Positions 47,325-56,158 of a DNA stretch of 64,000 nt are shown here, in pieces. The notes under the pieces were generated by a model. That model was not told the DNA's origin. It ran no database searches and saw only the letters and a list, made by a program, of their open reading frames with translations. How positions within the stretch are numbered: position 1 is the first letter of the stretch; every line of letters starts with the position of its first letter. The stretch comes from Syntrophorhabdaceae bacterium (GTDB taxonomy: Bacteria; Desulfobacterota; Syntrophorhabdia; Syntrophorhabdales; Syntrophorhabdaceae): positions 4,288,001-4,352,000 of the forward strand of contig OY762209.1 in the NCBI GenBank assembly GCA_963665295.1, in the 5' to 3' direction. Made by a program: the position numbers and the translations under genes.

Positions 47325-48788
47325 CTATTCTCTCATCACTGCGTAGAATGTGGCGTTATCTCTTGTGATAAGCAGCACCACCCCTTCTTTAAGGTTGGCC
47401 TTTTTCATCGCTTCCTTGAAATCAACCAGATTCCTCACCGACTTCCTTCCAATCTCTTTTATGACATCACCCGACCTGATATCCGCGCCCTGCGCCGGGC
47501 TCCCGGGCTGGACATCGGTCACTATGACGCCCCTCTTGTCCTTCAAATTCAGATGCTTTGCAATATCAGGGGTAATATTCTGGACAACAAGACCGAAAAA
47601 GTCTTTTTCCACCTCGGGCTTTTTCGAGGCAGCCGCTCCTTCATCCTTCATTTCCCCTATCACCACTTCCGCCTCAAGGCGCTTCCCTTCCCTCAGGATT
47701 CCCACCTTAACCTTCTTGCCAAGTTCCGTGGCGCCCACAAGCTTGGGAAGTTGGTCCATCTCCTTTATCTGTTTGCCATTATAGGAAACGATTACATCGC
47801 CCCTCTTGATGCCCGCTTTGTCTGCCGGACTGCCCTCGGCTACATCCGAGACAAGGGCCCCTTCAGTCTCCTTCAGGCCAAAACTCTTTGCGATATCGGG
47901 TGTCACCTTCTGTATTATCACTCCAAGCCAACCCCTGACCACTTTGCCTTTTGTCTTCAACTGAGGTAGAAGGTCCCTGACCACATTGATGGGGATCGCA
48001 AAGCCGATACCCTGCCCTCCCGAGACGATGGCAGTGTTTATCCCCACCACTTCTCCAGCCAGGTTGAACAAGGGGCCGCCGCTGTTCCCGGGGTTGATGG
48101 ATGCATCGGTCTGGATGAAATCGTCATAAGGGCCCGCCCCTATGACCCTGCCTTTTGCGCTCACAATCCCCTGGGTCACGGTATGCTCAAGACCAAAGGG
48201 GTTGCCGATGGCAAGAACCCAGTCACCTACTTCAAGCTTGTCCGAATCGCCGAAAGGCGCAACGGGCAGGTCCTGTTTTGCGTTTATCTTTATCAACGCT
48301 ATGTCCGTCTTGGGGTCCTTACCGATCACCGTGGCGTCGTATTCCTTTCCGTCCGTCAGCTTCACCTTTATGGTCTGCGCCTTCTCCACCACATGGTTGT
48401 TGGTAAGAATATACCCTTCCCTGTCGATAATGAAGCCCGACCCGAGGCTCCGTTGTTTGAACTCTCTCTTCGGCATATCTCCAAAAAACTTTTCAAAGAA
48501 ATCCTCTCCGAAAAAGTCTCTGAACCGGTCCTGCGGCCCCATAATCCCGCCGCCGAAGTCCGGCCCTTTTGTCACCGTGGTAGTACTGATATTGACAATT
48601 GCAGATCTCACCTGTTTGACAAGAGGGCTGAAGCTGGGTAAACCCTTGTCGTAGGCGACGGTCCTTACGGCCGCCCTGGTGGCGTCGAAGGTGGTTTCCC
48701 TGGAGACCACCTTGCCTCTCGCATATGCGAAGACCAAAGCCATTACGACAAGTAACCCTATTGTCAGATGCCACCGTTTGTTTCTCAT
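47325..48788 (-). CDS. degP: DegP/DegQ (HtrA) serine protease with two PDZ domains
   Basis: SLGSGFII; TNNHVV; TDIAL; IQTDASINPGNSGGPL; two PDZ. Confidence 0.93.
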   Translation of the reverse strand: MRNKRWHLTIGLLVVMALVFAYARGKVVSRETTFDATRAAVRTVAYDKGLPSFSPLVKQVRSAIVNISTTTVTKGPDFGGGIMGPQDRFRDFFGEDFFEKFFGDMPKREFKQRSLGSGFIIDREGYILTNNHVVEKAQTIKVKLTDGKEYDATVIGKDPKTDIALIKINAKQDLPVAPFGDSDKLEVGDWVLAIGNPFGLEHTVTQGIVSAKGRVIGAGPYDDFIQTDASINPGNSGGPLFNLAGEVVGINTAIVSGGQGIGFAIPINVVRDLLPQLKTKGKVVRGWLGVIIQKVTPDIAKSFGLKETEGALVSDVAEGSPADKAGIKRGDVIVSYNGKQIKEMDQLPKLVGATELGKKVKVGILREGKRLEAEVVIGEMKDEGAAASKKPEVEKDFFGLVVQNITPDIAKHLNLKDKRGVIVTDVQPGSPAQGADIRSGDVIKEIGRKSVRNLVDFKEAMKKANLKEGVVLLITRDNATFYAVMRE

Positions 48789-48800
48789 AGATCCCTCCGA

Positions 48801-50201
48801 TTATAAAGGCAATTTGATTGAAAACAGACTTCCGTCCGAAGGCTGGCTTTGCACCTGGATAGAGCCTTTGTGGGCTTCGGCGATCCATCTGCTTATGGAC
48901 AAACCGAGACCGCTTCCGCCCTCCCTTCTCCTGGATCTATCCGCCTGATAGAATCTGTCAAAAACGTATTTTATGTCGTCCTCCGATATTCCCACACCGT
49001 TGTCTTTTACATTAACCTGAATATAACCATCCTTCGCAAAAGAGGAAACCTCCACCTTCCCTCCTTTCTGCGTATACTTGATCCCGTTCTCGACGATATT
49101 CAGAAGCATTCTCCGGAGTTTCAATTCATCCCCTTTAATCCTCGTATCATCCAACTCGTTGAAGGCGAGGTCGATCTCCTTTTTTTCTGCAAAGATCCTC
49201 ATATCGACGCACACGTCGATAATGAGGTCCCTCAAAGCGACATCCGTGACATTCAGTTTCACATCTTTCGGATCAGCCTTGGAGAGAAGCAGCAGATCGT
49301 CGATGATCTTCGTCATTCTATCCACCTCTTCAAGGCTGCTTAGGAGGAGCTTCTTGTAGTCCTCCTTGTCTCTGTCTTTTCGAAGCGCCACTTCCGTCTC
49401 GCCCTTCAATATGGTAAGAGGGGTCTTAAGCTCATGGGATACATCGAGGCTGAACTGGTTGATGCGGAGAAAGGCGTCTTTCAACCTGCTTATCATGGCA
49501 TTGAATGTCTGGGCGAGCCTTGTTATCTCGTCCCTTCTGCTCCCTATATCAATCCTTTCGTCCAGGTTTGTCGACGATATCTTGACCGCGGCTTTTCTAA
49601 TCTGGTCAACGGGTTTAAGGGCCTTCTTCGCCATAAAATAGCCGACCATCACGGTAGCGCTCAGGGAGGTGGGGATGCCGATAACCAATACGATGAGGAG
49701 CTTTGTCATGGTCTCCTCAAAATCTTCGAGAGACGTACCCACCTGCACTATACTGGTCACTTTCTTGTTCTCCATTATAGGCAAGGTGATCATTCGAAGT
49801 CTCGGCCGCTTGTCGCCGATAGTCTCGTAGACGATCTCTCCCTTAAAGGCCCGTTCAAGGGTGTTGAAGCTCGTAGGCACCGTCACGGCCTCCAGGTCGT
49901 TCATTTTGGCCCCGATCCTGCCCGTTGTGTCAATTATCTGTATGAACTTCCCTTTCGGCTTCCTTCCCAGCACGTTCTCCAGGTATCGTTCGAAGTTGCC
50001 GAATACGCTCTGGGCGTGAGTCTCCGTTATGGAAGACGACAAGACCTGCGCAATAGACTGGAGTTTGGTATCGATGCTCTTCTGGAGGCTGTTATTGAAA
50101 TATACGTAAACGCCGCACGAGAAGACCACGAGAATCAGCGCGAGAATGGCGCCATACCAGATCGTCAGCTTCCATTTTATAGGGAGATTAAGTTTCTTCA
50201 T
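48801..50201 (-). CDS. Membrane HAMP histidine kinase (CusS/heavy-metal-sensor-like)
   Basis: Two TM, HAMP, DVSHELKTPL, NIVENGIKY, FDRFYQAD, GSGLGL. Confidence 0.92.
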   Translation of the reverse strand: MKKLNLPIKWKLTIWYGAILALILVVFSCGVYVYFNNSLQKSIDTKLQSIAQVLSSSITETHAQSVFGNFERYLENVLGRKPKGKFIQIIDTTGRIGAKMNDLEAVTVPTSFNTLERAFKGEIVYETIGDKRPRLRMITLPIMENKKVTSIVQVGTSLEDFEETMTKLLIVLVIGIPTSLSATVMVGYFMAKKALKPVDQIRKAAVKISSTNLDERIDIGSRRDEITRLAQTFNAMISRLKDAFLRINQFSLDVSHELKTPLTILKGETEVALRKDRDKEDYKKLLLSSLEEVDRMTKIIDDLLLLSKADPKDVKLNVTDVALRDLIIDVCVDMRIFAEKKEIDLAFNELDDTRIKGDELKLRRMLLNIVENGIKYTQKGGKVEVSSFAKDGYIQVNVKDNGVGISEDDIKYVFDRFYQADRSRRREGGSGLGLSISRWIAEAHKGSIQVQSQPSDGSLFSIKLPL

Positions 50202-50868
50202 TCTCTTCTTTGAGGATGTAGCCTATGCCCCTTACAGTATGAATATATCTCCTCGTCGAGAGTGAATCGAGTTTTTTTCTCAGAAAATTGACATATACAT
50301 CGACGATATTCGTCGAGTCCCCCTTATTCTGCCACACGTACTCGGCAATCTCGTTCCTCGTAAGCGGCCGTTCACAATTCTTGAGCATGAACTCCATGAT
50401 AAGAAACTCTTTTTCTGTAAGCTCCACTTCCTTCGAATCCATGCTCAGCTTCCGGTTGTAAGGGTCCAGGGACACGTGCCCATATTCCAGTGTGTGTACA
50501 TCGGCCTGCCGCGTCCTTCGCAACAGCGCCCTGATCCTGGCAAGCAGCTCATCGAAAGAGAAAGGCTTGGTCAGGTAGTCGTCACTCCCCGTATCAAGAC
50601 CTTTTACCACATCTTCCTTCGAACTCTTGGCGGTGATGATCAGTACCGGCGTATTCACCCCTCTGGAGCGCAGCCTCTTGAGTACCTCTAGTCCGTCGAT
50701 CTCCGGTATCATGAGGTCAAGAAGGACAATGTCATAGGTCGAAGCCAGAAGCCTTTCCAGCCCCTCCCTGCCGTCATAGGCCACATCGACGTCATACCCT
50801 TCTTCTTCCAGGCCCTTGCTGACAAAACTGGCCACTTTCGCTTCATCTTCAACGATAAGAACTTTCAT
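50188..50868 (-). CDS. OmpR-family response regulator
   Basis: VLIVEDE; LLDLMIP; DDYLTKPF; NIVDVYV..LRKK; TVRGIGY. Confidence 0.94.
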   Translation of the reverse strand: MKVLIVEDEAKVASFVSKGLEEEGYDVDVAYDGREGLERLLASTYDIVLLDLMIPEIDGLEVLKRLRSRGVNTPVLIITAKSSKEDVVKGLDTGSDDYLTKPFSFDELLARIRALLRRTRQADVHTLEYGHVSLDPYNRKLSMDSKEVELTEKEFLIMEFMLKNCERPLTRNEIAEYVWQNKGDSTNIVDVYVNFLRKKLDSLSTRRYIHTVRGIGYILKEENEET

Positions 50869-51139
50869 GGGGTTATTATATATCAAAACAAGAAAAAAGC
50901 CTATACTTTCGGGATGAGTCCCGTTGTTTTACGCAATAAGGCGGCCCCGGCGCGGCAAGGCCGGGAGAGGCACGGAGCAGACGCCTGCGTCATGGCCCCG
51001 CAGGTGCGACAGGACGGGCCAAAATAGTTTGACAAAACTGCGTTAATGCTATAAGTATAAAGGGTTGCCGATTCAAAGTCAGGCTGAAAATCAGAGGGAA
51101 TCGCTTCATTATCTTACGCAGGGGAGGTATCGAACACCT

Positions 51140-52690
51140 ATGAGCCTAATGGAAGCGTACGTAATAACGTTTACCGCAAGTTTCTGCAGCCTAGTCATAG
51201 AGATGGTCGCCGGCCGTATAATGGCGCCCTTCGTGGGCGTCTCCATTTACACGTGGACCAGTATCATAGGCGTGATACTTGCCGGCATCAGTGTGGGCGC
51301 CTACATCGGCGGCAAATTGGTAGACCGTTTCCCCCAGAGAAAAACCCTCGGGTGGCTCCTTCTTCTTTCAGGCATAACGGCCCTTTCCATCATTCCTCTC
51401 ACCTACATGGTGGCGGCATACCGTTTCCCCCTCTCACTCATGCTGCGCATATTCGTGGTCACCACGATCATCTTCTTTATCCCCGGCTGCGTCCTTGGCA
51501 CCATTTCTCCCGTTGTGGTGAGGCTCACTCTCAAAAACATCGATAATGCAGGCAATGTCATAGGCAAGATATACGCCCTGTCGACCCTCGGAGCCATCAT
51601 AGGCACCTTTGTCACAGGGTTTTTTCTTATCTCATGGATGGGGACACAGAAGATCATCCTCCTCATGGGGGTAATACTTCTCGTCGCCGCGCTTCTCTCG
51701 GGCTCCCTGTTCAAGACGAAAAAGGCGGTGGCCATGTTTGTGATCGTCGCCCTTCCATGCATGTGGGGCGTATACCATTTCCTTTACAAGGTCCCCCTGA
51801 GACAGGGTATTTTTTATTATACCGAAAGCGATTACTTTACCATCAAGCTCTCAAAAACAGTCAGTTCGGACCGGCAGACCCCGCTCCGGGCAATGGTGCT
51901 CGACAACCTGATACATTCCTACGTCTGTCTTGAAAACCCCCTCCACATTGAATATGAGTACGAGAGGATCTATTCGGACGTCCTCAAATGGAGGTTCAGG
52001 AAAGATGAACCTTTTAAAAGTCTCACTATTGGGGGCGGCGGATATACGTTTCCGAGATATATGGAGGTAGTGTACCCCAAATCCCAGATTGACGTGGTGG
52101 AGATAGATCCGGAAGTGACACGCATTGTATACGACCAACTGGGTTTGTCGAAGAACACGAGGATCAGAAGCTACAATACGGACGGCAGATGGTTTGTCAT
52201 GAACACCAAAGACAAGTATGACCTCATCTTTACGGACGCGTATAACGATCTTTCCATACCCTATCACCTGACGACCAGGGAGTTCCTACAACAGTTAAAG
52301 GATGTCCTCAATCCCAACGGCCTGGTCATGTCTAATATTATCGACAATTTCCAGAAAGGGGCCTTCCTCCCTTCCTATATCAGAACCCTCAGGGAAGTCT
52401 TCGGCGATAAGAACGTGTTTCTCCTTTCCGTAAGCCCTGATTTCAAGAACACCCGCATAAGCACCTTCATTGTAATCGCCGGAAACGGCAATATCGACAT
52501 CGCAGACTTCGATAAGCATGTGAAAACATATTCGCAAGGCCGGATTGCCTCCGCCGTGGTGCCCCAGAACCTCATAGATGACTTTCTTAGAACCCGTCAT
52601 TCAATCGTCATAAGGGACGACTACGCCCCCATAGATAACCTTATCGCACCAATCTTCGAGGAAAGATTCGGGTACAACAGGAAGAGTTAA
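51140..52690 (+). CDS. Fused membrane (MFS-like)/spermidine synthase-like protein
   Basis: About seven TM N-terminal helices (IEMVAGR..P.VG.S..TW); IGGGGY; VEIDPEV; DGRWF; DAY; DDYAPID. Confidence 0.88.
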   Translation: MSLMEAYVITFTASFCSLVIEMVAGRIMAPFVGVSIYTWTSIIGVILAGISVGAYIGGKLVDRFPQRKTLGWLLLLSGITALSIIPLTYMVAAYRFPLSLMLRIFVVTTIIFFIPGCVLGTISPVVVRLTLKNIDNAGNVIGKIYALSTLGAIIGTFVTGFFLISWMGTQKIILLMGVILLVAALLSGSLFKTKKAVAMFVIVALPCMWGVYHFLYKVPLRQGIFYYTESDYFTIKLSKTVSSDRQTPLRAMVLDNLIHSYVCLENPLHIEYEYERIYSDVLKWRFRKDEPFKSLTIGGGGYTFPRYMEVVYPKSQIDVVEIDPEVTRIVYDQLGLSKNTRIRSYNTDGRWFVMNTKDKYDLIFTDAYNDLSIPYHLTTREFLQQLKDVLNPNGLVMSNIIDNFQKGAFLPSYIRTLREVFGDKNVFLLSVSPDFKNTRISTFIVIAGNGNIDIADFDKHVKTYSQGRIASAVVPQNLIDDFLRTRHSIVIRDDYAPIDNLIAPIFEERFGYNRKS

Positions 52691-52788
52691 CCTGGGCAAG
52701 ACTCCGGAATCGCCGTCCTTTTCGCGGGAATTCCATCACGGGATACGCGCCGGGACAAGAGATATGAGCCGTTTTATATAACAAACTA

Positions 52789-52817
52789 TTGATTTAATCC
52801 GCGCTTTCTTTTATTAT
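52789..52817 (+). promoter_or_regulatory. Sigma-70 promoter of tRNA-Gly
   Basis: TTGATT-N17-TATTAT. Confidence 0.55.
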
Positions 52818-52827
52818 AATAACAGGT

Positions 52828-52903
52828 GCGGGCATAACTCAGTTGGTAGAGTGCAAGCTTCCCAAGCTTGATGCCGCGGGTTCGAGCCCCGTTGCCCGCT
52901 CCA
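52828..52903 (+). tRNA. tRNA-Gly (CCC)
   Basis: GCGGGCA/TGCCCGC acceptor; AGTTGGTAGA D-loop; CAAGC-TTCCCAA-GCTTG anticodon arm; GGTTCGAG T-loop; TCCA end. Confidence 0.97.
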
Positions 52904-52915
52904 TTCAACAAAGCC

Positions 52916-53155
52916 TCACAGATCGTCAAGAGAGCAGCCGGGGTATTTACCCTCAACTATCTCCCTCCCAAACCTGAAGCAATGCCCCATTGCCTCTGTC
53001 TTTGAGGTGAACGCATTACAGGCAAAGAAACTCCTCGTCGACGCGGCACTTTCCGTACCCCGTGAAATGAACACCCTTATCCTCCAGCCCGTCGATCCGT
53101 CGAGCTGGTAAGGAACCGCCTCTATACAATATCCCCTGTAAATAAGCCTCTCCAT
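52916..53155 (-). CDS. Small hypothetical protein
   Basis: 79-aa ORF with AGGAGG RBS; YRGYCIEAVPYQ...W...FGREIVEG. Confidence 0.6.
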   Translation of the reverse strand: MERLIYRGYCIEAVPYQLDGSTGWRIRVFISRGTESAASTRSFFACNAFTSKTEAMGHCFRFGREIVEGKYPGCSLDDL

Positions 53156-53386
53156 AACCCCTCCTCACATGCGACCGGGTTCGAGCGTCATCTCGGCGCC
53201 AGACGAAACCCTGCCTCTCTGCTTCCGGTCTACAGGATAGAATGCAACCGCCGCCTTTGCAAAAGACATTTTATCTCTCCACCCAGGTGGCTGCCGCGGT
53301 CGTCACACGCTGCACGGCATGTCAGGCGGATCGGGGGTCTTGAACGCAAGGCTCTCTGAAGGACGAAATCCGCGGCTAAACAGAAG

Positions 53387-53432
53387 CCCGGATACGGCAG
53401 TCGAAGTGTTCACCTTCCCCGCCGTATCCGGG
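53387..53432 (-). terminator. 12-bp inverted repeat downstream of the Cache gene
   Basis: CCCGGATACGGC ... GCCGTATCCGGG. Confidence 0.55.
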
Positions 53433-53437
53433 TGACT

Positions 53438-53887
53438 TCATTTGTATAAACCACAAGCTACGAATACATCCGTGCCTTCGACCCTTTTGACGTACGTGTC
53501 CTTTGGCTGCACCTTTGCGGTTACCGGGTTGGTCCAGCTATAAGAGACCCAACCACCGCCTTTCTTTGCAATTTCAATCATTTCTTTTGCAAAGGGTTTG
53601 CCGGTTGCATCCTTTGCCTCTTTCCAGTTGTTCCCCGCAAGCTTCGGATTACCTCCATTGGCGAGCATCTTCCCGTCCAGATTCATGGCGTAGACGTAGA
53701 GGTCGCCTTTGACATACTGTCCTTTGGGATTGTTGAATTCAGCCAACGCCTTCTCCATTCCCCCCGTCTTGACATATACCGCCGCCTTCTCCGCCAGGGC
53801 TTTAGCTTCTTCAGCCGTGGCCCCGTAGGCTACCGACAGTGTACACAAGAAAGCTATTATTGCAAAACCGAAAAGAATCTTTTTCAT
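53438..53887 (-). CDS. Secreted stand-alone single Cache domain protein
   Basis: Signal peptide; KGDLYVY; KDATGKPF..EM; GGGWVSYSWTNP...PK.TYV. Confidence 0.88.
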   Translation of the reverse strand: MKKILFGFAIIAFLCTLSVAYGATAEEAKALAEKAAVYVKTGGMEKALAEFNNPKGQYVKGDLYVYAMNLDGKMLANGGNPKLAGNNWKEAKDATGKPFAKEMIEIAKKGGGWVSYSWTNPVTAKVQPKDTYVKRVEGTDVFVACGLYK

Positions 53888-53940
53888 CTCCAATCTCCTT
53901 AAACACCCATTCGGACCGCTCTTGTCCCACTCGCCGCAAC

Positions 53941-55089
53941 TCAGGATGTCTGCAAAAGCGCCTTTCCGATGAGGGTCTTCTCCACTTCTTTTGTGCCTTC
54001 GAAAATCTCAAGTACCTTGGCGTCTCTCCAATAATGCGCAACATCATACTCTTCCAGGATGCCGTATCCTCCGTGAAGCTGGATCGCTTCGTCGGCTACC
54101 TTGACCGCAAGCTCACAAGTATACCACTTGGCCATGGCGATAAGCGTATGGTCCACCTCACCGTTGTCCACCTTCATCGCCGCGCGGTAGAGAAGACTCC
54201 TGCCTGCCTCGACAAGGGTCGCCATCTCCGCGATCTTTGCCTGAACGATCTGAAGCCTTGCGAGAGGTCCCCCAAAGGCTTTTCTCTTTTTCACGTGATC
54301 TATGGCCTTGTCGAGTGCGCCCTGGGCTGTGCCTATGGCCAGCCCTCCGCCCCCTTCGAGGCGGGCCCTGTTGAAGAATTCCATAAGCTGATAGAAGCCC
54401 TTTCCTTCCACGCCCACGAGGTTCGACTGGGGGACCCTCACGTCTTTGAACGTGCACTCCCCTGTGTCGGAACAGCGTATGGAGAGCTTCCCGTGGAGTT
54501 TGGTGGCTTCGTACCCGGGCCTGTTCGTTTCCACTATGATGGTGCTTAGCCTGTTATGCTTCTTCGGGTTGGTGGGGTCGGTAACACAGAGCACCAGGAG
54601 GTAGTCGGCAATATTGGCGTTGGTGATGAACATCTTGTTGCCGGAGATTATGTAGTCGTTCCCGTCTTTCACCGCAGTGGTCGTGATCGCCGCCACGTCG
54701 CTTCCCGCGTCGGGCTCGGTGGACGCCATGCCGCATCTCATCTCTCCCCTGACTATGGGGGGAAGGAATTTGTGCTTCTGCTCCTCCGTGCCGAAGAGCT
54801 TGATGAGTTGAGTTCCGAAATAACATGCCACCATGCACTGGGCAAGGCCCGTGTCCACGCGGGCAAACTCCTCTATAATGAGACATTGATCGAGATGTCC
54901 CAGTCCGGCTCCGCCGTATTCCTCTTCTATGAATACGCCGAGAAAGCCCAGTTCCGCGGCCTTCTTCCAGAGTCTGTCGTCGAACTGCTCCTTCGCGTCC
55001 AGTTCCCTCGCGATATCCTTGAATTCCTTTTCCGCAAATTCCCGCGCCGCCTGTTTGATGTCTCTTTGTTCCGCCGTAAGTTCAACCAT
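53941..55089 (-). CDS. Acyl-CoA dehydrogenase
   Basis: STEPDAGSD; ISGNKMFITN; RKAFG; IQLHGGYG; RDAKVLEIFEGT. Confidence 0.96.
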   Translation of the reverse strand: MVELTAEQRDIKQAAREFAEKEFKDIARELDAKEQFDDRLWKKAAELGFLGVFIEEEYGGAGLGHLDQCLIIEEFARVDTGLAQCMVACYFGTQLIKLFGTEEQKHKFLPPIVRGEMRCGMASTEPDAGSDVAAITTTAVKDGNDYIISGNKMFITNANIADYLLVLCVTDPTNPKKHNRLSTIIVETNRPGYEATKLHGKLSIRCSDTGECTFKDVRVPQSNLVGVEGKGFYQLMEFFNRARLEGGGGLAIGTAQGALDKAIDHVKKRKAFGGPLARLQIVQAKIAEMATLVEAGRSLLYRAAMKVDNGEVDHTLIAMAKWYTCELAVKVADEAIQLHGGYGILEEYDVAHYWRDAKVLEIFEGTKEVEKTLIGKALLQTS

Positions 55090-55354
55090 CTATAAATCCT
55101 CCTTTATCAGATAACCTTGCCGCCGCGTTACTTTCCGCATCCGGTTCGGTAATGCCATATACAATGGTAGCCAACCCGTTTATAGGTGGCGGCACGTTCT
55201 CCTTCTGCGCTTTGATTTATGAGGGGACCGGCCGCGTTTGTATCCAAGATTGATTCTCCTGTTAGTAGTGTCAAATCACCTTCTCCCACAACGATCCTAC
55301 CTCGTTTGCTCCGAAATTGCAGTCAGGTCGCAGGTCTCACCTTCCTGAGATTTT

Positions 55355-55413
55355 GGAGCCGGGTCTCCCTGCGTTGGCGGGGGAGTCGTCCACCGAGGGG
55401 GAGACCCGGCTCC
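55355..55413. repeat. 15-bp perfect inverted repeat (terminator-like or REP-like)
   Basis: GGAGCCGGGTCTCCC ... GGGAGACCCGGCTCC, 29-nt loop. Confidence 0.6.
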
Positions 55414-55437
55414 TGGTAAGGGGGGTTTATGCGTATA

Positions 55438-56103
55438 TCAACGACCGGACGGTGGCGCTTTCACGGGCATCAATGGCTTTCCGACCCACAGGTGGATGTG
55501 TACAAGTTCACCGAGGGCATGGGCCAACATATACAGGCCCCAGGTCATGGCCATGAAACATGTCCAGGCGGCGAGGGGTTTAAACTCGTGGTAACCGATC
55601 TCCGCAAGGCCGATGCTGAATAGGATGATAAAGCCCAACGGCGATATGAAGAACACAAACAGGGGAGCCCTGAGAAACGCCAGTCCCCATAGCCCCATAA
55701 ACATTCCCAGCATCATATTCAGGTAACCGAGAATAGGTACCGGTGATCCCAGCTTCAGGCTCACCATGAGGAATGAGAAGCCCGGCGCGAGCATAAAGAG
55801 ACAACCCATGGCCGCGAGCAGGTTCCCTCTTACCCCTACTCCTCTCCTCAGCTCAATTATCCCCGAGACAAGCTGCGCGATGCCGCCGGCCAGACAGATA
55901 GGAAAGATCATGGGTGCATTCTCTTTAGGGAGCATACCCCAGAACTGAAGCCACAATATGAGGGTTATCATCGCAAAAGCAGCAAATCCCAATGGCGCCG
56001 CGCTCGCCCATAGCGGTTCCGGTGGTGCGGGTGTCGGTGGCTGGTATATCGGATACCCAACATTGAACGGGCTGGTGCCCGGTTGTTCTGTAGGTGCGCT
56101 CAT
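55438..56103 (-). CDS. SatP/YaaH (GPR1/FUN34) family carboxylate channel-like membrane protein
   Basis: ASAAPLGFAAFAM (cf. NPAPLGL); GGIAQLVSGIIEL; six TM. Confidence 0.72.
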   Translation of the reverse strand: MSAPTEQPGTSPFNVGYPIYQPPTPAPPEPLWASAAPLGFAAFAMITLILWLQFWGMLPKENAPMIFPICLAGGIAQLVSGIIELRRGVGVRGNLLAAMGCLFMLAPGFSFLMVSLKLGSPVPILGYLNMMLGMFMGLWGLAFLRAPLFVFFISPLGFIILFSIGLAEIGYHEFKPLAAWTCFMAMTWGLYMLAHALGELVHIHLWVGKPLMPVKAPPSGR

Positions 56104-56158
56104 GTGTCCTCCTTAATTATTTTTGAACTCTCCAGATCCTTTCCAATTCCCTGTGCTC

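Noticed and set aside
53176..53186. Possible att-site duplicate of the tRNA-Gly T-arm (CGGGTTCGAGC)
   Set aside because: Only 11 nt, does not include the tRNA 3' end, and no integrase is present.
55130..55215. Sigma-54 promoter for the acyl-CoA dehydrogenase
   Set aside because: TGGCAT (minus) and GGCACG (plus) cores lack GC at the N10 position.
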